Below, one piece after another: positions 1 to 14,240 of a DNA stretch of 64,000 bases. This DNA comes from the human T2T-CHM13v2.0 reference genome, Homo sapiens. How positions within the stretch are numbered: the stretch's first letter is position 1; each line of letters opens with the position of its first letter. The notes beneath the pieces are model-generated. The model made no database searches. It saw only the letters and a list, made by a program, of their open reading frames with translations, and was not told the origin of the DNA. Made by a program: the position numbers and the translations under genes. The stretch lies in NCBI RefSeq assembly GCF_009914755.1, contig NC_060929.1, one strand, 5' to 3'.

Positions 1-911
1 AAAATAGTTGTTTATTTCTTATGCACAAGCTACTAAGTGCTCACTCAGGGATTTGGAATTGGGCAGATCACTTAATCTGCATTGTCAGTGAATACTAAGC
101 ACATTAAAAATATCTGATAAAGTAATATACCTCCTGTTGCAGGACTGGACAGAGTAGTAAAGGAAGGAGTACCTTGACCACTACCTTTCCAAACTTGGTA
201 AACCAGTTGAGAATGGGGAAGCCCCTTCCTTCCACATTGGTTATTGACAGATACAGGAACGTTGCTCTTATCCTAACCTAAAAGTAATTAGGTCAGTGAT
301 TTCAAGCTGATAAATATCAAAAGCAAGCTCATAATTTCAAGATAATGAGGTGTTTAGGTGAGGTGTGCAAGCTGTTACTGGCCTCCTGAATTGTAGCTCT
401 AGTACTTACAACTTGAATCTGTAACCCAGCTTGTCTAAGACAAGTTGCCTAAATGTCTAAAAATAATTAAGGCAGTATATTTGATTTGGTAGCAGATAAG
501 TCCAATGTACATGGTGTCTTTGTGCTGACCCTACCAAACTAAATCAACTGTTTTTATTAGTAGTTTTCTATATAAAACTTGGATATTCCTTAGGATCCAA
601 CATTAAAGCAAACTAGCTACAGTGATTTAATAAAGCAAAACAAAAAACCTAAAGTACTAAAAGTTATTTCTTTAGTCCCCAAGGATTGTGCAATTGCAGA
701 TAATAGTGCAATTTTTTTGACTGGAGCAAAACTCAATTGATTTTCAGATCCAAGGGGCAGTTTTCCCCAAACTACATTATCTTTATAGAGCTACGGTTTT
801 ACACACAAATGGTTTCTACGATGAGAGAGAAAAGTAAAAGACTAATATTACCAACACAGCAAATTGGTATTTAAGACAGTAGCACTAAGACTTAGTGGAT
901 GATTTTCCTCT

Positions 912-1065
912 ACAGTGTCCTCAGATTTTATTGGGCCACCAAATCACCTATAGAACCTGCTAAATATGCCTAGTCCTGGGTCTAACTGTGTAGGCCTGAG
1001 GTTGGACCTAGGAGCCTACATATTTAATAAACGTACCAGCTGATTCTGATACAAGGACCACACCT
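912..1065. mobile_element. MER5-family (hAT-Charlie) MITE, degenerate
   Basis: cagtgtcctcaga...aatcacct...aggcctgaggttggacctaggagcctacatatttaataa...ccagctgattctgat resembles the MER5A/MER5B body. Confidence 0.6.
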
Positions 1066-1602
1066 CTATGCATAGAGTGAAACTCTGCTCTAAAGTTTGA
1101 AACATTCCTTAAAATAAATCAAGAATGTCCTATTTATATATACATGCATATATTTATATATTCTTAGATATGGGGTATCCTGGGACTGTGAGACTCTCTA
1201 ATATTTAAATCTATATCTAAGAGAATGAATAACAGATGTATCTGCAAATGTGACACAACCGCATCCCAAAAGAAAACTCTAGCAACTTCTATGGGCTCTA
1301 CCTCCAAAATATATTCATCGAATTCTCCTTGTCTCCCTCAGCTGATATCACAGACCATGACTACATCATCTCATGCTGGGGAAACTGATATAGATGCCTA
1401 ATTGGTTTGCCTACTTCCACTTTTATCCCCTTACAATCTATAGTGGAAGGGAGCTTAAAAACAGCAACAAACAAACAAACAAAACACTAACTATGGCACC
1501 TTGCTCAAAATCTTTGAAAGGCTTCCCATTTTATCATATAAATAAAACAAACCTTTTTACTTGATCTGACTGTGTTCCTGCCCACCTCTTTGAAGTCATC
1601 TA

Positions 1603-1702
1603 TTAAGACTAATGCAAAAAAATTACTTTTGTAATTAAAAGTAATTACTTTTTGCAATTGCTTTTAGTTGCAAAAACTGCAATTACTTTTGTATAATCCT
1701 AA
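1603..1702. mobile_element. MADE1-like Hsmar1-derived palindromic MITE
   Basis: Right half gcaaaaactgcaattacttttgtataatcctaa matches the MADE1 TIR (GCAAAAACCGCAATTACTTTTGCACCAACCTAA); TA on both sides (1601-1602, 1703-1704). Confidence 0.75.
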
Positions 1703-2080
1703 TATTACTACTTTTTCCCCTGCTCTTTAAGCCAAACTATACTGGCCCTCTCTTTTCTCTTTAAACACAAAGAGCTCATTTTTGTCTCTTAGCACTTGCC
1801 TTGTATTCCCTTCATGAAGATCTCTACATGGATGTTTCTTAATCCTCATTCAGGCTTTAGTTTCAATGAACTCCTCATAAAGCCTGACTTCTCTGTCTTA
1901 TACTAAGATGTCACCCAGGTCCCCTATAATAATTGCTTTTTATAATATTTCCTTGGTTGATTTTCTTTATAGTTGATCATTCAGAAATAATATTCTCTAC
2001 TAATTAATTCCATTATCTGTCTCCCTGAACTAGAATGTAAATTCCTAGAGGGCAAAAATGTGTCTATTTTGTTCACTGTG

Positions 2081-2338
2081 ACATATATATAATATATAGA
2101 AAATATATGTTATATAAAAATACATTAAATATATTATATAACATATGGTATATATGATATAATATATACATATAACAATATATAATGATGTCATAACAAC
2201 TGTCACAGTTGTGTATATATAACATATATACATGCATATGTATATAACACACACATATATAACAACTATACACATACATATATGTATGCACATTGTATAT
2301 ACATATCAAATGTCATAGGCATTGCATATATATAACAT
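2081..2338. repeat. TA/CA-rich low-complexity tract
   Basis: Degenerate (TA)n/(CATA)n; source of spurious ORFs 2045-2293 and 2073-2309. Confidence 0.9.
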
Positions 2339-3699
2339 CTGTGACATTGTTTGGAGGACAGTAGGTGCCTCATAACTGTTTTTGAATAAATAAACTCTAC
2401 TGATTAACATTTACACAACAGAAAAAATTGGTCTTTTTATCTGCTATGTGTTCCAAGTAAACCATAAACATCTTCAGTAGGTATGTAGTTAAAAATCTAT
2501 CAGATTAGTAACTGATAAAAAAAAAGGATCTGACTCAAACCATGTCAAACATATATACACAGATAGAAAGTTATTCTGATGGTTCTTTATTTAGATGGAA
2601 GCTTTGCCATTTTGCAATATGTATAGGAGTGTTTGAAGGTTTATTTAGTATCCAACCTACAGAAGAATAGGTCTTCTCAGTTTATTATTCATGCAAAAGA
2701 TTTTTATTTATACCAGAAAAAATATCTTACTCAAGAACCAACTTTATTTATTAATTTGCTGACATACCAACTTTAGTTCTCATTCCTTTTCTGCTCTCAA
2801 CCTCAAGTTTCTCCAACATTAGAGGGCACAGGGGTGGATATGTGGTTTTAGGAAATAAAAGGAGCAAGGATGAGGTGATTTAAATTGAAAACAGAATTTA
2901 GAGCCAATGACATACACATGAATAGGGTCATGTGAAGGCAACAGTAAACTAATGTTTTGTGACTTTTTCAGATGTAGAAACTTACCCAAATTTAAGCAAA
3001 TAGTAACTTGAATACGCTAATTAGACAATGTGTTTTAAGATATATTGTAGTAAGAAACCACCAGAATAATTCTATTTATTTTTTAAGTAGCAACATTATC
3101 TCCAAGGCCCTATGTGATTTGAATCTGCCTTCTGTCTTTGTAATTTCTTCTAGAAATACGGCACATTAAAAAGGATGACTATAGTGGATAAATTCAGGTT
3201 TCTCTGCCCATCTAGAGCCAACCTTATTGGGCACTGCTCCCCTCCATAGCCCCTGATGAACCAAGGACTATGTCCTCATGTTTGGCATGGCTAACTTTCC
3301 CTGGGTGGACATCTGTTTTAGGCTGTATCTATCATATTCTTTTCTTAAAAATGTGGACTCAAAATATTGAGAGAGTGAGTCAGTTCATTCATCATTAGAA
3401 TATGAAAAGGTCATGGTTTGGAAAGGGCGGAGAGGATAGCAACAGAGAGAACATAGCTGCCTATGAGAAAGTGGAAGAAGTCAATACACAGTGGCAGAAC
3501 AATGAATCGCAGGTGCCATGGAAAACGTGCACAGGGCTCCTGAGCAAACCAGAGATGCAGAGAAAGAAACACAGAGAGGCACTCTTTGTTCCTGAAGCCT
3601 GCTTTAGGTCCTAGTGCTCAAAGAACCCTGGATATTTTTGGAATACTGGATTTTCCCAAATCTTGGGCATCCTATTCTGGGATGTGTCTGAGATTGCTT

Positions 3700-5740
3700 G
3701 TTGTGTTCCTATTCAATACATATTTATTTAGTGCATCCTATGTGCCAGGCACTGCACTTGGCACTTATGGCACATTGGTCAAAACAAAAACAAAAACCAC
3801 AGATTAAAAATATCTGCCCTCATTGAAAATACATTTTAGCAGGGGGAGATGGACTATGGATAACAGGAGTAACAAATAGGTGAATTACGTACTATGTTTG
3901 AAAATAATATGAGTTATAGGTGCTTTGGACAAATGAAAAAGTAGAGCAATCTAAGAAGTATCTGTTGTCTTGGGAGGACACTGAAGTTGCAATTTTAAGC
4001 AGAACCATCAGTGAGGGCCTCATTGGCAAGCTGACATAAATGAACAAAGACTTAAAATGGATGAAGGCCTCAGTTATAATCCTATCTATAGAAAGGCATC
4101 CGAGGTAGAGAGGGCAGCCAGTGCAAAGGACCAAAGCCAGGAACATGTGTGGTATATTGGAGAGGCAATGAGAAATCCAGCATGGCTGGAACAGAATGTG
4201 CAAGGGGAATGAGTAGAAAATGAGGTCAGAGAAGTGCAGGGTTGGCAGTCACATAATACTCAATCTTATAGGCTATTGTTTGGAATTTGAGTGAGAGTTT
4301 TCACTATTATGAGTGAGAGTTTTGAGCAAAAAAAAAAAAAAAATGATATGATCTGGCCTGTGTGTTAAGAGAATTATTCTAAGCTTCTTTGTTGGGAATG
4401 TTCTACATTGGGTTGGTAAAAACTGAAGAAGGGAAACCAGTTAGAAGGCTCTTGTAGTAACCCAAATAAGAGATAATGGTAGCTTAGAGCAAGGTGGAAA
4501 CTAAAGAAATGATGAGAAATGATGGAATTTTATAAATATTTTGAAGATCCAGCTAATAGGATCTTCAAAATATTACAAGTGGGATATATGAAAGAGAGAG
4601 TGGACAATTATGACCTCAAGGTTCCTGATCTGAGCAAATGGAAGGTTGGAGTTGGCATCAAGGAAGATAGGGAAGGCTCCATGCATTACAGGTTTTAGAA
4701 AGGACACAGGAGTAAAGTTTTGGACATACAAATTTTAATACACAAAGCTTGGCATTTAAGAGAGAAGCCTGATTGGAGACAAATATTTCAGTGCAATCAG
4801 CATACTGATGATATTTAAAGCCATGCAACTTATGAGAAATTCCAAAGAAGTGAATGCAGATTAAGAAGAAGACCAAGAATTAAGCCCTGATGTCTTGTAT
4901 TAAGAATTCAGGTTGATGAAAAGGAAACCACAAAGAAATCACTGAGAAAAAATTATAAGTAAGGTAAGAAGGAAACCTATTAAGAGTATGGTCAATAAAA
5001 TCAAAGAAGGAAAATGTATTAAGGAGTGGAGGCTAAGGAACAGTTTCAATTGCTCCTGCTAGAACAGATCATGCAAGATAACACCTGGATTGTCCATTTA
5101 AGTTAGCAATGTGGAGGTCACTGGTAACCAAGATGAACACAATTTGGGTGTCATGGTGGAAGGGAAAGGCATACTGGAATAGTTTTATGTTAAAATAGAG
5201 ACTAGGTGACTAAAGTAATTTTGCTAAAAAAAAAAGTGGGGGGAATAAGTGGCATGGTAGCTAGCAGGTTCACTGGGGAAAATTAATTTTTTTGAAGTTA
5301 GAAGAAATAACAGCATGTTTCTAATATTGTCAGTAGAGAAGTAAAAAAACGATGGTGTGGAAAAGAGAGGGTGAATGGCTGGCGCCATCCCCTTGAGTGG
5401 GCAAGATGGAGGGATTATATTTAGATGGAAGCATGAGAACAGCAAGGACAAGGCAGAGCATGTGGGTGTGGATTCTGGTAGGTGGGTAGAGGTAGTGGTG
5501 GGAGTATTCAGTGCTCTTATATGATGATTCAGTTTTCTTAGTGAGGTGGGAAGCAAGTTCATTAGCTGAGAGTGAGAATGCAGAAAGAGGTGTTGAGAAA
5601 GTAAGGAGAGAGGGGAGAAGGTATGAAGTAGTTGTTAAGGACAGAGGGAGAATGAATGGGCCAGGCAGGTAAAATGTTATTTTCCAGCAACGTCCAAGGC
5701 CTAGGTGGCTTGTGGTCATGAATTTAAAGTGTGAGCAGTC
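3700..5740 (-). mobile_element. L2 (L2a-like) LINE, about 2 kb 3' portion
   Basis: attcaatacatatttatttagtgcatcctatgtgccaggcactg is the reverse L2 3' end; gtgcaaagg, gaggtcagagaag, gcaatgtggaggtcactggtaacc are typical antisense L2 motifs. Confidence 0.85.
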
Positions 5741-6249
5741 ACTGTCCTTTACTTTAGTGAGCTTAAGTGGGCTTTTTCTTCACATCCAAAAAGCCTTGAC
5801 CAGAATATAAAATTGCATGGAAACAGCTTTGCCTCCTTGAAAATCTGTGGGTGGCAACTTTTTATTTTGATGTCTTAGTGATGAAAATCTAGGGCACCAT
5901 TATGTGTGACTGTCTTTTTTTGCATTGGCAGAGAGGGGGAAAAAACAAAAAACCCCTAACTCAACCAAGTACATATAAGCACACTTAGTCCAAACTGTTA
6001 ATATTTCATGGGTAAAATGTACTAGAAAAAAATACGTATTCAATACTCAAAAAGATGATTATTTGCTATTTTTTCCTCACCTATGTCATTTTCTTGTCCT
6101 TCACTATTATGTAGAGTTGACATAGTTGTAAGACTTCCATAAAACAACACTGATAAACTTCTATAAACCTAAATTTTTTCCATTGTTTAAATAGCATTTT
6201 TAGCTAAGTTTGAAATGTAATACCTTTCAAGAGCACAAAATTGCATCTG

Positions 6250-6278
<29 letters not shown>
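6250..6278. repeat. (CA)14 microsatellite
   Basis: Direct reading. Confidence 0.95.
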
Positions 6279-6281
<3 letters not shown>

Positions 6282-6611
6282 ATTGCTCATGAAGGCATAA
6301 GAAGGCATAAGATTTCTTTCCCTCAGGGTATAAGGATGGCAGTAGAATAGGTACGCTTTTACCATAATATTGGTGATGATAATACATGATAACAAGAAGA
6401 CTATTTTTAAAACTTTACCATTTGCCAAACACTATAAAATGTTCTAACTTATGTCTTAATACAATAAAACTACAAATGAATTATTTTTATCCTCTCTCTG
6501 ATTTATAAACTGTTGATAACTGGGATTTTTATTAGGCTAGAAAAGCACTACAGATGAAAGATCAATGAGTAAGTAATTAACTCATGTTATACTTTGTCTT
6601 TAAAAAATGGA

Positions 6612-6905
6612 GGCCGGGTGCGGTGGCTCATGCCTGTAATCCCAGCACTTTGGGAGGCTGAGGCAGGTAGATCACGAGGTCAAGAGATCAAGACCATGCT
6701 GGCCAACATGGTGAAACCCCATGTGTACTAAAAATACAGAAATTAGCTGGGCATGGTGGCAGGTGCCTGTAGTCCCAGCTACTCAGGAAGCTGAGGCAGG
6801 AGAATCACTTGAACCCCGGAGGCGGAGGTTGTGCAGCAAGGCAAGATTGTGCCACTGCACTACAGCCTTGGCGACACAGCGAGACTCCGTCTAAAAAAAA
6901 AAAAA
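6612..6905 (+). mobile_element. AluSc-like full-length Alu
   Basis: ggccgggtgcggtggctcatgcc...gatcacgaggtcaagagatcaagaccat (Sc-type), poly-A tail. Confidence 0.9.
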
Positions 6906-6939
6906 TTGTAAAAAGATTATGTATTTCATAGAGTAGGCT

Positions 6940-8400
6940 ACTGAAAAGACCTTGCAAATGACAAATCCTGTAGCACTGGACACTCCTGTTACCTAGGTTG
7001 TAATCTGTAACTATTATATTCCATTAAAAGCAACAATGGCTCTTTAGAAAAAAAAATGACTGATTCCCAGTCTGGGATAGGAAGAGTACAGGATGAGCTT
7101 AGAATATTTTATCATATTAGAAAGCAAGGAAGAAAACAAAGAACACTAGGTTTGTATATAAGAAGGTTCAGATGTTGATGTAAAGAGGTTCCCAAGAGGC
7201 AAAAATAAGGGGATAATATGGATATCAATAAAAATGGCATCTGCATGGATCATAATACTTGTAATATGTTTATTTCTACAAGTTGTTCTCTTTTTCTCTC
7301 TCTCTCTTCAACAGTCAACACTGGATGATACTACAGAACCAATTTATTATTTTAAAAACTGGCAAATACGGAGCATAAAGCCTTGTCCATTCTCAGGGTA
7401 ATAAAATCTTTGAAATAAGGGAAATTGTTTTTATGTAGAAATATTCCAGCTAAAATATTAAGAAAGAACAATAGAATGAGAATATGACCATTCTCTGAGG
7501 TGTGATGAATAAATGAATTGAGGCTGCTAACACCACAAAAAGAGAGGCAATTAAATGTTACGTATTTCCTGATGCAAATACCTTTCTCATTTTGAATTAT
7601 TTTGGTCAAAAAATACAGTAACCTGAATATAAGTTTTAAAACCTAAAAACAAACCCAAAACATAACAATACAAAACACTATGGGAAATGGAAGAAAAAAA
7701 AAACAGAGATAACATGTTAAAGGATACTGCACCCTCACTTGAGCCCAAGAGTTGGAGGCTGCAGCAAACTATGATTGCACCACTGCACTCCATCCTGGGT
7801 AGCACGGTGAGACCCCGTCTCTAATAAAAAAAGAAAAAAGAAAAGAAGATACTGCACTACAATAATACCATCAGCATTCTTTCAGACTGTGAGAAACAAA
7901 AAAAAAGACTCAGCTTTTCTAACATAAAAATTATAAAAGAGAAATAGAAAGAGAAGGAGGCAAGAAATGAGAGACAATTACAATTGTATGGGCTTCATTT
8001 CAATCCTAATTTGAACAACCAAATTGTTAAAAAAATGATATATCTAAATATATAGGAACACTGAATTTTCAATGATGTTAAGAAATTATTTTATTATATT
8101 TTTATTTTTTAAACTTTTAGGGAAGGAATTATTTTAAATTGTTAAGTGTAACAATGGTATTTATTTATGCTTTAGAAATAATCCTTATCTTTTGGTGTTA
8201 CAAAAGAAATACTTATGGATATAATTGCATGATATCTATGATTTGATCCAGACATATCTGGATCACGTTGGGGTATAATAAGGGTATAGACTAAATGGGA
8301 CTGTTGAAGCTGGATTGTGAGTTCATGAGAGTTCAGTACACTATATTTTCTATTTCTGTATATGGTTGAAATTTTTGATTATAAAAAATAAAAAGAAATA
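6940..8400 (+). mobile_element. Old L1 (L1MC-like) 3' UTR
   Basis: ctgattcccagtctgggataggaagagtacaggatgagc...agaaagcaaggaag; ends ttgaagctgg...tatggttgaaatttttgattataaaaaat. Confidence 0.65.
7734..7847 (+). mobile_element. 5'-truncated Alu (AluJ right arm or monomer)
   Basis: cacttgagcccaagagttggaggctgcagc...gaccccgtctc plus A-rich tail; TSD gatactgcac at 7723-7732 and 7848-7857. Confidence 0.85.
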
Positions 8401-8556
8401 AGGAAAAAAGACAAGAGAATTTGAGTTTTCTTGCCTGTTGACATAGCACTGGTAGAGAACAGAGGTGGGATTTAAATTCAGGTCCATGGCTTGTGTTTTT
8501 ACTTTTTCATTTTTTAAGCTACATCTTCCTGTTTCTTCAGCATATCAAACATCAGA

Positions 8557-8655
8557 TTTGGGAAGCTGCAGCTGAAGGAACCCTTGAAGCCAGGAATTCA
8601 AGTCCATCCTGGGCAACACAGCCAGACCCTGTCTTTATAAAAAATTTAAAAATTA
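8557..8655 (+). mobile_element. AluJ left arm (5'-truncated), split by an L1PA insertion
   Basis: tttgggaagctg...ttgaagccaggaattcaag...cctgggcaaca...accctgtct plus A-rich linker; candidate TSD aaacatcag 8547-8555. Confidence 0.75.
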
Positions 8656-9270
8656 TTTGCCCATACATACCTCCTGAATGGTATTGCCTAGGTTTTCTAC
8701 TAGGGTTTTTATGGTTTTAGGTCTTACATTTAAGTATTTAATCCATCTTGAGTTAATTTTTGCATAAGGTGTAAGGTAGGGGTCCAGTTTCAGTTTTCTG
8801 CATACGGCTAGCCAGTTTTCCCAGCACTATTTATTAAATAGGGAATCCTTTCCCTGTTGCTTGTTTTTGTCAGGTTTGTCAAAGATCAGATGACTGTAGA
8901 TGTGTGGTTTTATTTCTGAGGCCTGTGTTCTGTTGCATTGGTCTATATATCTGTTTTGGTACCAGTACCATGCTGTTTTGATTGCTGTAGCCATGTAGCA
9001 TAATTTGAAGTCAGGTAGCGTGATGCCTCCAGCTTTGTTCTTTTTGTTTAGGATTGTCTTGGCTATATGGGCTCTTCTTTTAGTTCCATATGAAATGTAA
9101 AGTAGTTTTTTTCTAATTCTGTGAAGAAAGCCAATGGTAGCTTGATGGGGATAGCATTGAATCTATAAATTACTTTGGATAGTATGGTCATTTTCATGAT
9201 ATTGATTCTTCCTATCCATGAGCATGAAATGTTTTTCCATTTTTTTGTTCCTCTCTTATTTCCTTGAGCC
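8656..9270 (-). mobile_element. Inverted 5' segment of L1PA (ORF2 region)
   Basis: tcctgaatggtattgcctaggttttc...gaagtcaggtagcgtgatgcctccagc is antisense L1 ORF2; the frame reads [35 protein letters not shown]. Confidence 0.95.
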
Positions 9271-10549
<1,279 letters not shown>

Positions 10550-11169
10550 TCATTCGTTCTTTAGCTGCAGAAACACAAACTATATTTACAAATAAGGCTG
10601 GATAGAACATTAGGAACAGTTAGTTTCCTGGAAACATAAATAGCTGGTGTTTCCTGAATAACCAGAGAGGCTAGAATCACTGTAGTTGTAATTGTAAAGA
10701 AGATTCTAAAAGAAGTATATTTTAAATATTCAGTGTTTTGTTTATAATTTTAACAAGTTACAGGGGAAAATTGTTGTATGTTTTCGTAAGATTCATTTTC
10801 CTGTTTCACATTTTATCCAGGGTGCTGAAGTGATAAAAATCACATAGTATTTTCAAAATATAATACATTAAACACTCATTATGTAAATGTGTAATCCAGG
10901 AGTAACATGTGCAAGTTATAGTATTTATTCTATATTCCACACTATGTCATTTTTAATGTATATATACTGAATGGCAGATACACAAAAATAGGATTATTTA
11001 TGATTACACACACACACATATAAATCTATATAGGACAATATATTTATTTCTATAACCATAATTATATTTGGTAGTCATTTCATCTTTTATTCTTTGAAAG
11101 ATTTTTCCTCTAGTCTCCTGTTTTAAATTCATCTAGACATTGTGATAGCTAGGAAGAGTATACGATATA

Positions 11170-11268
11170 GTTTTGGGTTTTTTCTGTTTTGTTCACAGTA
11201 TTATCTCCATTCCCTGGAACTGTGCCTAGCATATAGAGGTTCTTGATAAAGGCAGAACGAATGAATAC
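11170..11268 (+). mobile_element. L2 3'-end fragment
   Basis: tctgttttgttcacag...tccctggaactgtgcctagcatatag...gaatgaat. Confidence 0.6.
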
Positions 11269-12254
11269 TGAACTCTTGATGCTAAATTTCAAAATGGTAA
11301 CATTCCAAAACATTCATATGTAGGATGATCACTTAAATATAAAATGTTGGAAATGTTGGATTTAAAGGGATCTTAAAATGTCTCTACTCCAACTATCCAT
11401 TTCATATTTGGTTGTACTTCCCTCTGTATACATAGGTGTACGCCCATAGCATACCTTAAAGTGAGAAATAAAAAATAACTTTTGATACTTCTTTCCCTCA
11501 AATATTTACATTAGATCCTTCTGGCTGACTGATAATAAGCCACTTAACCTAAAGAAGTACCATTCTAGTCACTGTAATTATTACATGCCATAAGCCAGGT
11601 TTCTTACAAATTCATTTTAAATTATTGAATAATTTTTATATTATTTAAAAGACTCTTCAACTATATAATAAAGAGACTTGTCCAGAACAGCCATTCCGTA
11701 AGTACTTTTTAAAATACTTTAATTAAGAAATTTTTTTCTGGCTTTTATTATAAAATATTTCTCCCACCAAATCTCACTCCCATGAATTTTCCTGTGGTCC
11801 TTAATCATGATCACAAATGTATGCTTTTTCAAATGAAGAATGGTTTGGCCATGTTAAGACAAATTAGTGGTACTGAGAAAGGCTCAAGCTACAGCTAAAG
11901 AGAAACCGTTTTTTGGGCAGAGTTAGTAGGAAGTGCAGACCAATGCTCTTCATCATAGACTTATGATTCTTTAGCCTAGGTTTATAATCCTAGTTTCATG
12001 GGTCTCTAACATACATTCCACTTGTGCAGAAAAGAAAACAAGGTGTCAATGTCAATAAATGTCTTTCAAGCATGAGGCCCAGATGAAATGGCTTAGAGGA
12101 AGAACTTATATCTTTAGTCCGTATTAAGTTCCCTCTATCTTGAATAACTTTAAAGCAAAATTTGTCATGTCTATAAAGTATTTCAATTTGTTAGTTAATT
12201 ACACCGTGCCTCTTTGCCTTATTTTGTAATATACATTTCAATGTAGTATTGTTA

Positions 12255-12400
12255 TGTTTTTATATTGACACATAATTTCACATATGTATGGGGTACATAG
12301 TGATGTTTTAATACAGATAATGTATAGTGATTAGATTAGGGAAATTATCATATCTGACTTCTCAAACACTTATCAATTTTTTGTGTTGGGAACATTCAAT
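12255..12400 (-). mobile_element. L1MA-like 3'-end fragment
   Basis: attgacacataat...tatggggtacatagtgatgtttt...ttttgtgttgggaacattca. Confidence 0.7.
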
Positions 12401-12419
12401 TTTTTAATGCACATTAAGT

Positions 12420-12580
12420 AACCCTATTAGAAAAACATAATTGTTATGTAGTTTTGCAGATGAAGAATTAGAAACATGGAGAGGTTAAGATATCTGCTCC
12501 AATCAACTAGTAAGCAGCAGAGCCATGATTCTTTCCTTTGCCTGTTTATCTCCAAAGCATGTTTAAATTCACTGTGCTTT
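12420..12580 (-). mobile_element. MIR
   Basis: ttttgcagatgaagaattagaaacatggagaggttaag (reverse MIR core). Confidence 0.6.
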
Positions 12581-13475
12581 GGAGCTTCTCTAGCTGACTG
12601 CCTCATTCAAGTAAGATGCACAGGAGCCTCTTAGACAGCAGTGTAATGAAGACATTGCTAGTTACTAATGTTGCCATTTTATTTTTATTCTTTTATTCAC
12701 TACGATTTGGGAATAGCTATTTCTTTCTCTGAAATTTGACTGTATCACACAACTTGTGACACTCCTTATGCCTGGGGTTATACTTAGGTGAGCCTTTCAC
12801 CTGCACCTGGCAGATACTATTTACTTCAATTGTTCAATGAATTCGCATGAAAAGTTGTCAAGTTATCTAGTATGAACTCCGTAAAGCCAGCTAAGTTGGC
12901 ACTTTTATGTCAGGGAGCATTTTGTTCTGGCCAATTCCATAGAGATTCAATGTTATAAAAAGTAACCTAGATTCTACAGAATACAATAAACCACTGCGAA
13001 AGAAAATGACAGTCATAGAATGGGAACCTCTTTCAAAACTGGATCTAAAATGAAAAGTATGACTGGCACGGCTAGCTGCAAGGCAGAATGCTGCTGATGA
13101 AGCAATGACCAAAGAATACCTATTATCTCTCCATCATCTAAGGGTTTCTATGTTTCCATTGCTCTTAGCCATGAAATAGACAAGTGATTGTTCTCCACAT
13201 TTGGATACTTGAATCTCATTCAAGTAAATGTGCACAAAGGACTATAAATTTAGAACCAATCATTTGACATTATCTGAACAAAATCAGCAGAGATCTAATT
13301 TAACTAAAAATTTTTTTTCTATCCAAATGCCAGTCAATCTGGGTACCTGAGAGCAGAAATAACACTCACCATTATACTTTTAGCACAAGGTAAGTGCTCA
13401 ATTAACTGTTAACTGAAAGAATCCACGCAAAAATGCATGAATGGTACCCTATTTTTAATAGAAAAGTAAGAACAA

Positions 13476-13785
<310 letters not shown>

Positions 13786-14122
13786 TCAGTTAGTATCTAC
13801 TCTATTGTTGATAAAGATTACTAAAATATTGTTTAAAGAAAAATCAACCTTTTCAGAAATTCAGATATTGCTCTAAGAATATATTCCACTGATAAGGAAA
13901 AAAATCTGTGAGAGACAATAACATATTTTCTAAGTTATTAATCTTTCACTGTCTTGTTTAGGAATCTCTTGATATCTATAGTCCATAAAAGTTTCAAATT
14001 CTATTCTTTGAATTTCTTCAAATTATCATTTTGCATTTTTAAAACTATTTCAAATTGTCATGAAGGAAATGTTCTGCATGTGATTTAAAAAACATTAAAA
14101 TACTACAACTTAATTCAAACAT

Positions 14123-14240
14123 ATGGGGCTGTTGTGAAGATAAATGAGATAATTCACATGAAAATGCTTAGCATGAGACCTGGCATATACTCAGAACTTA
14201 ATCAGTGTAATCAGTGTTAGTTATTATTGTTGTTATTATT
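14123..14240 (+). mobile_element. MIR 3' fragment
   Basis: gggctgttgtgaagataaatgagataat...atgcttagcatgagacctggcatata. Confidence 0.7.

Larger units (their letters stand above)
1285..2395 (+). mobile_element. L2 LINE 3' fragment, interrupted by MADE1 and a TA-rich insert
   Basis: gcctaattggtttgcctacttccac; L2 3' end tagaatgtaaattcctagagggca...ttttgttcactg and gtaggtgcctcataactgtttttgaataaataa. Confidence 0.75.

Noticed and set aside
2045-2309. ORFs rich in Y/I/C/M
   Set aside because: Translations of a TA-rich low-complexity tract
3200-3700. ORF 3402-3614 and a possible old LTR
   Set aside because: No recognisable protein similarity; the repeat family cannot be assigned by eye
5224-5719. 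112-aa and 129-aa minus-strand ORFs
   Set aside because: They lie within the decayed L2 element, not a host gene
12749-12764. Exact 16-mer acaacttgtgacactc repeated at 57396-57411
   Set aside because: About one such match is expected by chance in 64 kb, and the flanks do not extend
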